Below, piece by piece: positions 50,637 to 63,599 of a DNA stretch of 64,000 bases; positions within the stretch are counted from its first letter, which is position 1, and every line of letters begins with the position of its first letter. The notes below the pieces were generated by a model. That model saw nothing but the letters and a program-made list of their open reading frames with translations. It was not told the origin of the DNA and did no database searches. The DNA is from Mobula hypostoma (taxonomy: Eukaryota): NCBI RefSeq assembly GCF_963921235.1, contig NC_086097.1, positions 241,120,001 through 241,184,000 of the forward strand. Reading direction: 5' to 3'. Position numbers and translations under genes: made by a program.

Positions 50637-52396
50637 CTGATTCATGATGAAGTGTGGCCCGGGAGAGGCAGACGTAAGTTTGGGATCCGGGGTTGGATCA
50701 CTCTTCGTCTAGCCTCTCATCCACGGCCGATCCAACATGGGTTGCCCTGCCCTGAGTTGGCATTGCCTGGTGGAGTCCTTGAAGCACGTAAACATCCACA
50801 CGACGTTAAAGTATTGATCCAGGTCACGGCATCACCCCATGGGTCAGTTCTGGCTCCGGCTTTGTTCAATCTGCACCTCACTGAAACCAAATCTGCTAAA
50901 TTTGGATACACTGATGATAGGGCCATAGCCTTCTAATTGAACAATGTCAAATCCATCAAAAAAACCTTACCCAAGATATCAACTCCTTATCCAACTACTT
51001 CTCAAAGTGGTTCCTAAATATAAATGTCAACAAAACAGTAACTTCCATATTTCATCTGGACAATCGGCTAACCAAACCTAAACTTGATATCAAACTACAT
51101 GACAAACAGCTTCCCAACGAGCCACACCCAAAGTACTTAGGACTCACACTGGATCAAATTCGTTCAAACAAGATCCACCTTCAAAATATTGCAAAGAAAC
51201 TAAGATCCAAAATGGCCATGATCAGGAAGGTAGCAGGAACCTAATGGGGTGCTAACCAGTTCATCCTACAAACATCTAGCCAAGCACTATGTTTCTTAGT
51301 TGCTAAATACGAGGGGTGATTGATAGTTCATGGCCTAAGGTAGAAGGAGATGCGTTATACACCTCTCGTTACATGCACATACAGGTCAACTCTGAGTGAT
51401 TATGCAGAAAGTTTGAAGTTAATAACTCATCTCCTTCTACCTTAAGCCACAAACCTATCAATCACCCCTGATGAGTTAGAAGGAGATGCGTTATACAGCT
51501 CTCATTACATGCACACGTAGGTCTACTCTGAGTGATTATGCGGATAGTTTGAAGTTAATAACTCATCTCCTTCTACCTTAGGCCACGAACTTATCAATCA
51601 CCCCTGCTGGGGGACTTTCTGGAGGTCCAAGATCCGTATGCTCCACAACTGCTGGACTAAGTGTGTAAATGTAAGAGGGGACGATGTTGAGAAATAACTG
51701 TGCTAGGTTTTCCAAAATTGACTCCTTCTACCTTAGGCCACGAACTTCTCAATCACCCCTCATATTGTGCCCCCACCTGGGAGAGAAGTGCTCACACAAA
51801 CGTCATCAATACACAGCTCCATACTTCTATGAGAATTATCTCAGGAGCCCCAAATCCGCACTTGCCCAATGGCTCCCAACAACGAGCGGCGTAGCACTCC
51901 CGGAGATCCATAGAAGAGTAGCTTCAACAAAATTCTACAAGCATATCCAAAATATGCTCAACAACATTCCAGTTTGTAAACTTCCTGACTCAACTCCTGA
52001 AAACCTTTTAACAACTTGAAAAACTTCAACTCCTATGACGAACACACTGAATGGCACACCAGCACGCACTGCCGGTGGAGACCTGATCAATGATCCCACC
52101 TCGCTTCTCCTGGGCTTTGCTACAGCTACCAGAAAAAAACGGACAGCTGCAAATAGACTCAGAAGTCAACATGCCAAAACAGAGCCCACACTGCACCGAT
52201 AGGGCGCCCGGCAAACCCCAGCTTGCCCCGTGGTGCCCCAAACCCAGGACGTCCTCCATCTGGTACAAACATGCCCTCTCTCCAAGGTCCAAGATGGCTT
52301 TGCCGCGGTCCATCGATGCGGCCACAAGCTGGAGAAGTGGCTTGACAAAAAATAATTAGAAGTGTGAAGAGAAAAAAAACCTGCCGTACCGAACAA
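50637..52396 (+). mobile_element. Vingi/Ingi-clade LINE, internally deleted
   Basis: PHGSVLAPALFNL, YTDD, PKYLGLTLD, WGA, AKY/CAPTWERSAHT...SMRIISG; flanked by CCACCTGG / CCAACTGG inside a Rex fragment. Confidence 0.75.
51310..51762 (+). mobile_element. mariner-family deletion derivative with reiterated TIRs
   Basis: TA-CGAGGGGTGATTGA...TCAATCACCCCTCA-TA; transposase tail WTKCVNVRGDDVEK*. Confidence 0.88.
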
Positions 52397-52574
52397 CCAA
52401 CTGGAATGGAGGCTCCAATGTACACGATCAAAAATAGCTACAGAGGGTTATAGACTCCAAGAGTGCAGTCTTTCATTGATTCTATAATGGTTATTATTCT
52501 ATTGTAGATTTATTGAGTATGCCTGCAAGAAAATGAATCTCAGGGTTGTATATGGTGACATATATGTATTTTGA

Positions 52575-53222
52575 TAAATACATATCAAAATACGTGGCCA
52601 CTTGGGTGATGATGTCTGTTATCTGTCAAGTAAGGGACCGTGCACAATTCTGATTTGATGGAGACAGATGTGAGAGCACGGAGGAACATCTGGAAAACTT
52701 CTGAAATGCCCGCTTCGCTGCCGTTGCTACTGTATGGTAACCGGAATCTCCGGAGCTGAAGGCCCCGAAACCCTCGGCTTTGCTTGGTTCAGCGGCTGGG
52801 GAGAGGTCGAAGGTGCTCAGCAGAGGATGGCGCTCGGGAGGCTGTGTCGGAGAGGCTGGTCGGAAGCTCGAGGTTTTCGGATGGACGGACTCAGTGTCAG
52901 CTGGGGTCGGCTGCTTCCAAGGTATCGACAAGTTGACGGTGCCTGGAGGTTTATGGCAGGGAGTTCCAGGGACTCGGGAGTCGGTCGACTCGGGGACTTT
53001 GAGACTTTTTTTACCGTGCCCATGGTCTGTTCTTTATCAAATTATGGTATTGCTTTGCACTGCTGTAACTATATGTTATAATTATGTGGTTCTGTCAGTG
53101 TTAGTCTTTGATTTGTCCTGTTTTCTGTGATATCACTCCGGAGAAACATTGTACCATTTTTTAATGCATGTATGCATTTCTAAATGACAATAAAAGAGGA
53201 CTGTGTGTTCTCATAATCTAAC
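52575..53222 (+). mobile_element. Non-autonomous retroelement with Rex-like 3' tail
   Basis: 3' end TAAATGACAATAAAAGAGGACTGTGTGTTCTCATAA shared with 48470-48560; no coding signal. Confidence 0.55.
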
Positions 53223-53754
53223 GTAATAAATTCACTTTGAACTTTGACAATAAACATGATTGATTCTGAGACTTGTCATTTTTCCTTGTGTGAAAGAGGA
53301 AATGAGGCAATATATCATATGTTCGTCAGTGTGCTTGATTTATCTGACCCTCATGATTGGATAGCTGCCAACATGTAGAAGACCTGACTTATACACAAGG
53401 CTAACAGTGGAGCAATATGTCTTGTGTTGAAAGACACCTGCTTGGAAATACGGAGCCATTCAGTGTGAAAATTGATCGCGTCCAGAGTGTAGCGCAATAT
53501 ATTTCCAAATTGAAGTGTGTTGCTCTGTAATTTTAGGCCATACTTCCCGTCACAAAGCAGACTTGCACAAATAACATCTGACAAGATATGTGATAACATC
53601 ATTCCTTGCACAATGCTTATTTACACGGTTCCTGGGAGGCGATGTGCCTGTGGATGGTCTAGCACACCTCAAACAGGTTTTGTTGTTCTGCTTCTCTGTA
53701 GGTGCACAATTTCAAGATTGGCTTTATTTGAAAAATGTGCATTGAAACGTTCTG

Positions 53755-54305
53755 TAAGGTTGTTTTAACTGGGGGTGGTAATGGGGACAAGCTCCCACTA
53801 CCTATTAAATGCTCCCAATGGCAAGTGTCTCAAATAGCCTCTGACAACCAAGTCCGGCTCCTGACCAAGTGTGGCTTAGCTATTAAGGCGGGTGGAATCG
53901 ATTCTACTGACAGAAGGGGCAAAGGCGGGTTACTGGTGCCTTAAAATCAGTCGCTTCAGGCAGATGGGGCTTGTCAGCCATGGTTGGTAGCTCACCTAGG
54001 AGAAGGACAACTCTGATCTCGAACCTCCACTGCCTTGCGACTATATCCACACATGGGGAAGGCTTCAAGAGTAAATCTTGAGGGAAAAATCCAGAGCTGG
54101 AGTCCCTATGTTGAGTTCAACACTGACTGGCAACTTTGGTGCCGCTGCAGGTACCAATTTGTATGGGTCTCTGTTGTTCTTTTGGGTTCATCAGATGCAT
54201 GGAAAGAGGGAGCTTGCTACATGGGCAACAGCTTGCTCTCCATATCATACTGCCAAGGCTTGCATATCCAGACAGCTAGGATGTAATATCTATGGTCAAC
54301 TCTGA
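53755..54305 (+). mobile_element. RTE-related non-autonomous element
   Basis: Shares ~180 bp with 33210-33390; RTE assignment is by recollection of 5' UTR style. Confidence 0.55.
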
Positions 54306-54989
54306 CCGAGGGAGGCCTCAGGGGCAGAGGCATGAAAAGGTAGAGTAAAATGAGTCAAGTTGTCACAGTGAGCTCTGGCAACGACTGAGCCCAGGTGTGG
54401 AGGAAGGGCAGACTCCCACGTAGAGAACGAAACAATAGGAATTCCAACAGAACATCGGTGGCATGACCAAGCGACTCTGCGAGACAGATCATTCCCCATA
54501 CAAGGTCCCCGTGATGAGTGCTAATCAGGAGTCCACTTTAGATAATCACAGTATGTAGAAAACCCGTGCCCAACAGGCCCACAGGGCTCATGGCACAAGA
54601 CTTGTGCTATGGGCAGCTTGCAAGTGTTACCATGCTTCCAGTGCCAATAGAGCATGCCCACAACTCACTAAACATAATCGTATGTCCTTGGAATGTAGGA
54701 GGAAACTGATGGAAGCCCACGTGGTAGATGGAGAACACATGAGTTCCTTATAGACGGCAGTGAGAATCAGCCCTTGATCAGTGACTGTCAGCACTGTAAG
54801 TGATTGTACGTGTGCCACACTACCGTTCTGCTACGTCTCCTGAATGCTTTGTAGTCAGCTCCCTTGCTTTTCAAACCCAGACCATGGGGAAAGAAATTAA
54901 CTATCTACCCTATCTATGCCTCTTCTATCAGGCCACACATCAATCTGTTTATTCCAGGGAGAGCAAACAAGAATGTTGGGGGGGGGGAA

Positions 54990-56345
54990 AAGTAACTGTA
55001 GTTACTGTTACTAAGAAGGTGCTGGGAAGCTCGAAGATCTGAAGGTAAATAAGTTGCCTGGACCAGATGGACTACACTACAGGTTCTGAAAGGAGTAGCA
55101 GAAAAGATCCTGGAGGCATTAATATTTATCTTTCAAGAATCACTAGATCCTGGAATGGTTCCAGAGGACTGGAGAATTGTCACTGCACTCTTTATGGGAG
55201 GGAGGCAAAAGAAAGGAATCCCTAGGCTAGTTAGCCTGACTTCAGTGGTTGAGAAGATGTTGGAGTCCATTATTAAGGATGAGGTTTTGGGGTACTTGGA
55301 GGCACATGCTAAAATAGGCCAAAGTCAGCAAGTTTCCTTCAAGGGAAATCTTGCCTGATAAATCTGTTGGAATTCTTTGAGGAAAAACCAGGCAGGATAG
55401 ACAAAGGAGAGTCAGCAGATGGTGTTTACTTGGATTCTCAGAAGGCTTTTGTCAAGGTGTCCCACATCAGGGACATGATATTACAGAAGAGATTCTAGCC
55501 TGGATAGAAGATTAGCTGACTGGCAGGAAGAAAAGAGTGGGAATAAAGGGAGTGATTTCTGCTTGACTGCCAGTGACTAGTGGTGTTCCTCAGGAGCCAG
55601 TGTTGGGATCCCTTATTTTTGTCTTATTTGCCAATGATTTGGATGACAGAATTGATGGCTTTGTGGCTAAGTTTGCAGATGATTTGAAGGAAGGTAGAGA
55701 GGCAGGTAGCGTTGAGGAAGCGGGGTATCTGCTGAAGGACTTAGACAAAAACAGGAGGATGGGCAAAGGTGACAGATGGAATATAGTGTTGTGAAGTGAG
55801 GCTTTATAAGGTATTAGTCAAACTACATGGAGCATTGTGAGCATTTTTGAGTCCCTTATCTATGAAAAGATGTGCTGGCGTTGGAGAGGGCCCAGAGAAG
55901 GTTCAAGATTTTGGGAATGAAAAGATTGATGTATGTCAAGAATTTGGTGGCTCTACTTACTGGAGCTTAAGTGAATGAGGGGATATCTTGTTGAAACCTG
56001 TCGAATATTGAAAGGCCTAGATAGAGTGGATGTGGAGATGGAGGACCAGAAGGCATAGCCTTAGAATAAAAGGACGTCCCTTTAGAACAGCAATGAGGAG
56101 GAATTTCTTTAGCCAGAGGGTGGCGAATCTGTGGAATTCATTGTCACAGGAAACTGTGGAAGCCAAGTCATTGGGTTCATTTCATGTGGATGTTGCTAGG
56201 TTCTTGATTAGTCAAGGGTGTCAAGGATTACAGGGAGAGGCAAGAGAATGGAGTTGAGAGGAAGGATAAATCAACTATGATGGAATGGCAGAGCAGACTC
56301 AATGGGCCAAATGGCCTAATTCTGCTCTTATAATCTTCTGGTCTT
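54990..56345 (+). mobile_element. Decayed CR1 LINE
   Basis: VPEDWRI, SGVPQEPVLG, AKFADD, RNFFSQRV. Confidence 0.88.
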
Positions 56346-57104
56346 CAGGTCTAACAAGGCCATCTCAGCCAAGAGTCTCTTGATTACCTTTCAGCTTGTA
56401 CTCTTTTCCTTCCATCCATCTTGTTATTCTGGATTCATTTCCAGTCCTGACGAAGGGTCTCAGTCTGAAGCATCAACCATCTATTCCTCTCCATAGATGC
56501 TGCCTTAACCGCTGTGCTCTTCCAGCATTTTGTGTTTATTGCTCTGGATTTCCAGCATCTGCTGAATCAATCAGAGGACCAATTTGTCATAATCCTTAAG
56601 GTATGTTTTAATCCAGATCCTCACATATCGGATCCATTAGTGAGCTTGGATTAATTATGACAGTTCTGTAATGTGTTGACTTTGGGTTGTTCTTGCTCCA
56701 CTCTGATATCGAATATCTGCACAACTGAGTCATTATACACATTTTTAGATTTCCCTGAGAGTGTGACTGGACCACCAGTTTCTCAGATTGTTTTTCTGCT
56801 TAGTAATCCTTCATATAGGCACCACATCTTTTGGAGATTCCAGCCAATTTTACATGACATTGCTTACTGTAGATTATAAATGTTACTACAGGACTGTGTC
56901 CTAGCTTTGGGATGAGAATCCCTACAGGAATAATTTTAAGGAAGTTTGCAAGAGAGTGCCTAAAACAAAATATTTATTAGGACAATAGATGCTGCCTGGC
57001 CTGCTCAGTTCCTCCAGCATCTTCTGTGTGTTGCTCAGATTTCCAGCATCTTGTAAAGGATTTCTTTTTATTTATTCCCCAAAGCAAAAAGCAAGCAGCA
57101 AAAT

Positions 57105-57485
57105 AAATAAGACCATAAAATATAGGAGCAGAATTAGGCCATTTGCTCCACCATTTCATCATGGCTGATCCATTTTCCCTCTAAGCCTCAGTCTCCTGCC
57201 TTCTCCCCATATCCCTCCATGCTCTGACCAATCAGGAATCTATCAACTTCTGCCTTAAATACACATAAAGACTTGGCTTCCACAGCTACCTGTGGCAATG
57301 AATGCCACAGATTCACCACTCTCTGGCTGAAGAAATTCTTCCTCATCTCCATTCTAAAAGGACAACCCTCTTTTCTGAAGCTGTGTCCTCGGGTCTTAGA
57401 CTTCCCCACCATAGGAAACATCCTCTCCGCATCTGCTCTATCAAGGCCTTTCAACATTCAATAGGCTTCAATGAGGTCACCCTTC
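57105..57485 (-). mobile_element. CR1 3' end
   Basis: ORF 57188-57457. Confidence 0.88.
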
Positions 57486-58154
57486 AATCTACATCAGAAT
57501 TAAATACATTAGTTCCTGTGTATTACCCTTAAAAATCTTCACACACGGCAGTGAAGGAGTAACTTACAGCTTTTAGAGCCATTTGTTCAAGCACAGATTT
57601 CATGCTAAAAGATTTATATGGTTCCAAGCATATTAGCATATTCCTGTCTCAGCATCTTCTGTTATTCTTTTCTCAGCACCTAGTGGTATATACAGTCAAT
57701 AATTGAAATAAGCATGAAATTTATTCTTCTCTCCAAAGTTAAATAATTGTAGGGTTATTCATATTTCTTCTGTTTATCTTAACAGTGATGGTGCAAACAT
57801 CTGAGGATAAGTGGAATCAGAATTAATGCTCCTATAATGTGTGGAGATACGTCTCTCCCAAAGGAGGTGTAAGGCATTCATTCCCTCCACCAGCCTGCAG
57901 GTCAACCTTGGGCAGGGCGTAACATTTGCTTAGCCCTCCCCTCCCTCGATCAGGGTTTTGTGAAGCCATGGGAGTAGGTGCTGGATGGTCGTATGAACTG
58001 CTGGTGCATATCTGGTTATTTCTTCAGCAGTTTGATCAGGGCACGATTGCGCAAGCGCATGGACGTCAGCCAGTGAGAATAGCGAGAAGAGTTTAAAAGG
58101 AGACACTTTCTAGAGCGTGTGTCGAAGGAGCAGGCAATGGAGTAGAGGGTGACA

Positions 58155-58770
58155 GAGTATTCTTAAGTGTTCTCTTGCATTTCTTGTACTCCTCAAGTAG
58201 TAGGAACTTCATATGTTCCTGCCTTGCCTATACCAGCTAAAGTATGTACTTCCTTCCTTTTCTTAACCCAGCCTCAATATCTCTCAAAAACCAAGGTTAC
58301 CTAAACCAGTTATCCTTGCTTTTTTTGTCTGACAGAAACATTAAGACTCTGTACTCTCAATATTTCACTTTTGTAAGTCTCCCACTTACCAAGTACACCT
58401 TTGCCGGAAAACAACCTGACCCAATCCACAATTGCGAAATCTTTTCTGACACCATCAAAATTGGCCTTCCACCAATTTAGAATCACAACCCAGGGACCAC
58501 ATCTATTCTTTTCCATAATCACCTGGAAGCTAATGGCAAACTTCTATCACCTGCCCTGCCTCATTTGCTAATAGGAGATCTAGTATTGGGACTTCTTTGA
58601 TTCACCAAACTCTGGCTGTAGAAATTCCACCTCTTCTCTGTTCTAATGGAATTCTGAGACAGTGCTTCCAGTCCAAAACTCCCCCACTATAGGAAACATC
58701 CTCCCCACATCTGCTCTATCTAGGCCTTTCAATATTTGATAGGTTTCAATGAGATCCCCGCTTATTTTTC
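58155..58770 (-). mobile_element. CR1 ORF2 fragments
   Basis: LNWWKANFDGVRKD...DWVRLFSGK. Confidence 0.75.
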
Positions 58771-58827
58771 GAAACACAACTTTCTAAACTTCTTTATTAT
58801 CAGATAAAAAATTTCGGTTACTATAAA

Positions 58828-59820
58828 CAAAATAGATTCTGCAGATGCTGGAAATCCAGACCAACATGCACACTGGGCTCCCCTCTTACCTTCTCTCCTC
58901 ACCTGCCCATCACTTCCACCTGGTGCCCCTCCTCCTTCTCTTTATTCCATGCTCCATTCTCCTCTTCTATCAGATTTCTTCTTCAACCCTTTACCTTTCC
59001 AGCTTTCGCCTCCCAGCAACTAACTTCATCTCCTCTCCCCCACCCACCCACCTATCCTCTCCTTCAGCTGCTTTCACCTGTTACCTGCCAGCTTTTACAA
59101 TCTCCCCCCCCCCGCACTTTCTTATTCTGGTTTCTTCCACCTTCCTTTCCAATCCTTATGAAGGATATTGGCCCTAACTGTTGCCTGCTTATTCCCCTCC
59201 ATAGATGCTGCCTGACCTGCTGAGTTCCTTCAGCATTTCATTATTGTAAACATGAGAAATCTGCAAATTCTGGAAATCCAAAGCAACACACACAAATACA
59301 GGAGGAACTCAGTAGGTCAGGCAGCACCTATAGAAATGAATAAACAATCAACGTTTTGGGCCAAGACCCTTCTTTAGGACTGGAACGGAAGGGGGAAGAA
59401 GACAGAATAAAAAGGTGGTGGGAGGGGAAGGAGGAAAGTGGTCGGTGAAGCCAGGTAGGTAACAGATAAAGGGCTGGAGAGGAAGAAATCTGATAGAAGA
59501 CGGGAGTGGACCATAAGAGAAAGTGAAGGAAGAGGAGACCCAGGGTGAGGTGTTAGGCAAGAGAGAAGAGGTAAAAGGCCAGAGTGGGGAACAGAAGAAG
59601 AGGGCAGAGGGAGGGAAAAATATTTTTAACCGGAAGGAGAAATCGATATTCATGTCATCACGTTGGAGGCTTTGCAGGGAGAACATATAGTGTTGCTCTT
59701 CCATCCTGAGGGTGGCCTCACCTTGGCACAAGAGGAGACCATGGACTGACATGTCGGAATGGGAATGGGAATGGGAATAAGAAATAAAACGTTTGGCCAC
59801 GGGAATTTTAATACTTTTGC
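58828..59820. mobile_element. Two tail-to-tail Penelope-like 3' fragments (+ 58875-59240, - 59250-59820)
   Basis: pLTR end motifs; HSHSDMSVHGLLLCQGEATLRMEEQH. Confidence 0.8.
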
Positions 59821-60159
59821 TGGAGACTGATGCTGGATTCAGTTTTGCGTTACACTGAGTATATCTCCCCATCCTTTCCTCTCCAAACTACCTCTCTAAA
59901 TTCAAGATCAACTTTGAATAACAGCAAGTCAGGTTTTAACTTTTGCTGGATATTTAAATATAATTTAAAAAATAATTTTTATATTTTTGTATTTGTGTAT
60001 TCTTGATCTCAATGTTTATTCCTTTCTCTATATTTCAATTTTTCTACTTGATTTTATCTTGAATTACATTATCTAACATATATCCGCTGTTTTATACTTA
60101 GAGTATGGTAGCCATAATTAAGGGGCACTTAGACAGGTACATGAGCAAGCAGGGAACGA

Positions 60160-60930
60160 AGGGATATAGAACATAGAACATAGACCATAGAACATTAAAG
60201 CACCGTACAGACTCTTGGGCCAATGATATTGTGCCTACCCTTTAATCCTTCCCTCTCTCATAGCCCTCCGTTTTTCTTTCATTCTTGTGCTATCTAAGAG
60301 TCCCTTAAATGCCCTAATGCATCTTTCCTCTAGCACCACTCCTGGCACCTTGGCATCACATTCCACCCACTTACCACTCTCTATGTGAAAAAAAACAACT
60401 ATACCTTCCTCCAATCACTTTAAAGTTATGCCTCCTTGTGTTAACCATTTCTGCCCTGGGAAAAAGTATCTGGCTGTCCACATGATCTATGCCTCTTGTT
60501 ATCTTGCACACATCTATCAAGTCAGATCCCATTCTCCTTTGTTCAAAGGTGGAAAGTCCTAGCATGCTCAACCAGTGGAATTTAGAACTTAGAACTTTGG
60601 CCCACATTTTTGTGGCGACATTTTAACCTACCCTAAAATCAATCGAATCATTCCCTCCATTTTTCTGTCATCCATGTGCCTATCTAAGAGTTTATTACAT
60701 GTCCCTAAGGTACCTGCCTCTACCTGGCAGGGTGTTCCATAAACTCACCACTTTCTGTGTAATAAAAATTACCTTTAGAATAACACCCCCCCCCACATAC
60801 TTTTCTCCAATCACCTTAAAATTATGCCCTCTCAAATTAGCCATTTCTGCCCCGTGAAAAAGTCTATGGCTGTTCATTTGATCTATGCCTCGTGTCATCT
60901 TGTACACCTCTATCAAGTCACTTCTAACCT
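60160..60930 (-). mobile_element. Two tandem CR1 3' ends
   Basis: ORFs 60371-60607 and 60695-60976; ATAGAAC tail. Confidence 0.82.
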
Positions 60931-61221
60931 TCTCATCAATGTTCAGGCAGATGGGCTTAGTTTGGATTGGCACCATAGCTGGACATGATCATTGCAGGGC
61001 CTAATCCTGTGCTGTACTATTCTACGTTCTACGTACAACTTTACAAACATTTTGTACAGCTGTCACAGGACGTTCTCGTATGTCTGCTTCTTACGTATCA
61101 ATGATGAAATGTACCATCATCCCTAAACCAGACGTTTTTCATTGTTCCAAAAGAAGGATGTTAAATTCAGGATCATGTACATGGTCTACAGAGAACTGTG
61201 ATCCCCATTCTATTGAATATT

Positions 61222-63165
61222 GAATTGACTTTATTTCTTATGTCCTTCAGATACACGAGGAGTAAAAATTTTTACGTTACTTCTCCATCTAAATGTGCAA
61301 TGTATAATCACAGTAATTTATAATAATTTATAATAAATAAACACTCAATGTAATATAGAGTAGACTCAAGTCAGTGTGAGTTCATCAGTCTGATGACCTG
61401 ATGAAAGAAGCTGTCCTGGAGCCTGTTGGTCCTGGCTTTTAATATGGTACTGCTTCCTGGATGGTAGCAGCTGGAATAGATTGTGTTTGGGAAGGCAATT
61501 CAATATTCAATAGAATGGGGATCACAGTTCTCTGTAGACCATGTACATGATCCTGAATTTAACATCCTTCTTTTGTACGTAGAACATAGAATAGTACAGC
61601 ACAGGATTAGGCCCTGCAATGATCATGTCCAGCTATGGTGCCAATCCAAACTAAGTCCATCTGCCTGAACACTGATGGCCTGGTGGAAGAAGCTGTCCTG
61701 GAGCCTGTTGGTCCTGGCTTTTAATATGGTACTGCTTTCTGGATGGTAGCAGCTGGAATAGATTGTGTTTGGGAAGGCTTGAGTCCCCAGTGATCCTACA
61801 CATCCTTTTTACACACCTGTCCTTGTAAATGTCCTGAATCATGGGAAGTTCACAACTACAGATGCGCTGGGCTGTCCACACCACTCTCTGCAGAGTCCTG
61901 CGATTAAGGGAAATACAGGTCCCATACCAGGCCAGCCAGTCAGGATGCTCTCAATTGTGCCCCTGTAGGAAGGTCTTAGGATTTGGGGGCCCATACCAAA
62001 CTTACCAAACTTCCTCAACCATCCGAGGTGAAAGAGGCACTGTTGTGCATTTTTCACCACACAACTGGTGTGTATGGGCCACATGAGGTCCTCAGTGATG
62101 TGGATGTTGAGGAACTTGAAGCTGTTTACCCTCTCAACCCCAGATCCATTGATGTCAATAGGGGTTAGCCCATTTCCATTCCTCCTGTAATCCACAACCA
62201 GCTCCTTTGTTTTTGCAACATTGAGGGAGAGGTTGTTTTCTTGATACCACTGTGTCAGAGAGATGACTTCTTCCCTATAGGCCACCTGGTTATTGTTTGA
62301 GATAAAGCCAATCAATGTAGTGTCGTTGGCAAATTTAATTAGTGGATTGGAGCTGTGGGTGGCGATACAGTCATGAGTATACAGGGAGTAAAGGAGGGGT
62401 TTCAGTACACAGCTCAGAGGGGCACCTGTATTGAGAGTCAGAGGGTTGGAGGTGAGGGAGCCCACTCTTACAACCTGTTGGCCATCTGACAGGAAGTCCA
62501 GGATCCAGCTGCACAAGGCAGGGTCAAGGCCGAGGTCTCTGAGCTCCTTGTCGAGTCTGAATGGAACTATGGTGTTGAATGCCGAACTGTAGTCCAAGAA
62601 CAGCATTCTCACATAAGCATCCTTTTTCTCCAGATGTGTAAGGATGGTGTGCAGATCAGTGGCTATTGCGTCATCTGTCGATCGGTTGTGTCGATAGAAA
62701 AATTGTAGGGGGTCCGACTTGGGTAGTAGAAAGCTGCAGATGTAATCCTCGACCAGCCTCTCAAAGCATTTGCTTATTATTGAGGTGAGTGCAACAGGAC
62801 GCCAGTCATTCAGGTATGTTACCTTGGTCTTTTTTGGTACAGGGACAATGGTGGATAATTTGAAGCAGGAGGGCACTTTACACTGGGAGAGGGATTGATT
62901 ACAAATGTCTGTAAACACACGTGCACACATCCTGAGTACTCACCCTGGGATGCCGTCCAGTCCCGCAGCCTTGCGACTGTCCACTCGTTGGAAACATCTG
63001 CGTACCTCAGCCTCAGAGATGACCAGGTTGCAGGTTGAAGCAGTGGCTTTCCTCGGAGGCTCAGAGTTAGCGACATCGAACCGAGCGTAAAAGCGATTGA
63101 GCTCATCTGGGAGAGAGGCCACGATGTTGGCAGCACCACGATGTTTGGGTTTGAACCCTACAGCA
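61222..63165 (-). mobile_element. Rex/Babar LINE RT, 5'-truncated, with rearranged 3' part
   Basis: 363-aa ORF 61839-62930 ([26 protein letters not shown] with the catalytic DD lost); TTCAA tail. Confidence 0.93.
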
Positions 63166-63599
63166 GGCACTTCAGAGTATGGGAGAAGTCACCACCAACT
63201 TTGTCTCCACAACATCCTCCAAATCCATTGGGAGTATCAGGAAACCAAGGTCAGCATTCTCAACACTGGGATTTTAATTAGACTCATTCTACTACATATC
63301 ATCCATATGCCTGATAACACACTCCCAGAGCATTCCCCGGAGAGATAACTGTTCAAAGAATGTTTTGTAAGCCTCCTTGAGAAATGTGACATACTTGTCA
63401 GCTCATTTGAGACACCAAACTGAAAAGGGAAAAAAATAGGAGCATCTGGAAAGACATGAAGCCCTTTGCATCTCCTTGACAGGAGCACTTGGAGCCCAAA
63501 CAAAAACAGAGGAAAAAGCAATGATCTCCTTAACAGCACACCTATATACCCTGTGAAGAACCCCATCCCATTTGTGGTAGAAAATGCAGCTTCCATTTC

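Noticed and set aside
51310..51762. Repeat-spacer pattern resembling a CRISPR array
   Set aside because: The repeats are mariner TIRs, the intervening sequences are duplicates of each other, the context is eukaryotic and there are no cas genes
53517..53768. Cys-rich 83-aa ORF in unique DNA
   Set aside because: No domain recognised and splice signals are inconsistent
61839..62930. 363-aa RT ORF as an active or domesticated gene
   Set aside because: Catalytic motif is mutated (FAND), the element is 5'-truncated and it is frameshifted at both ends
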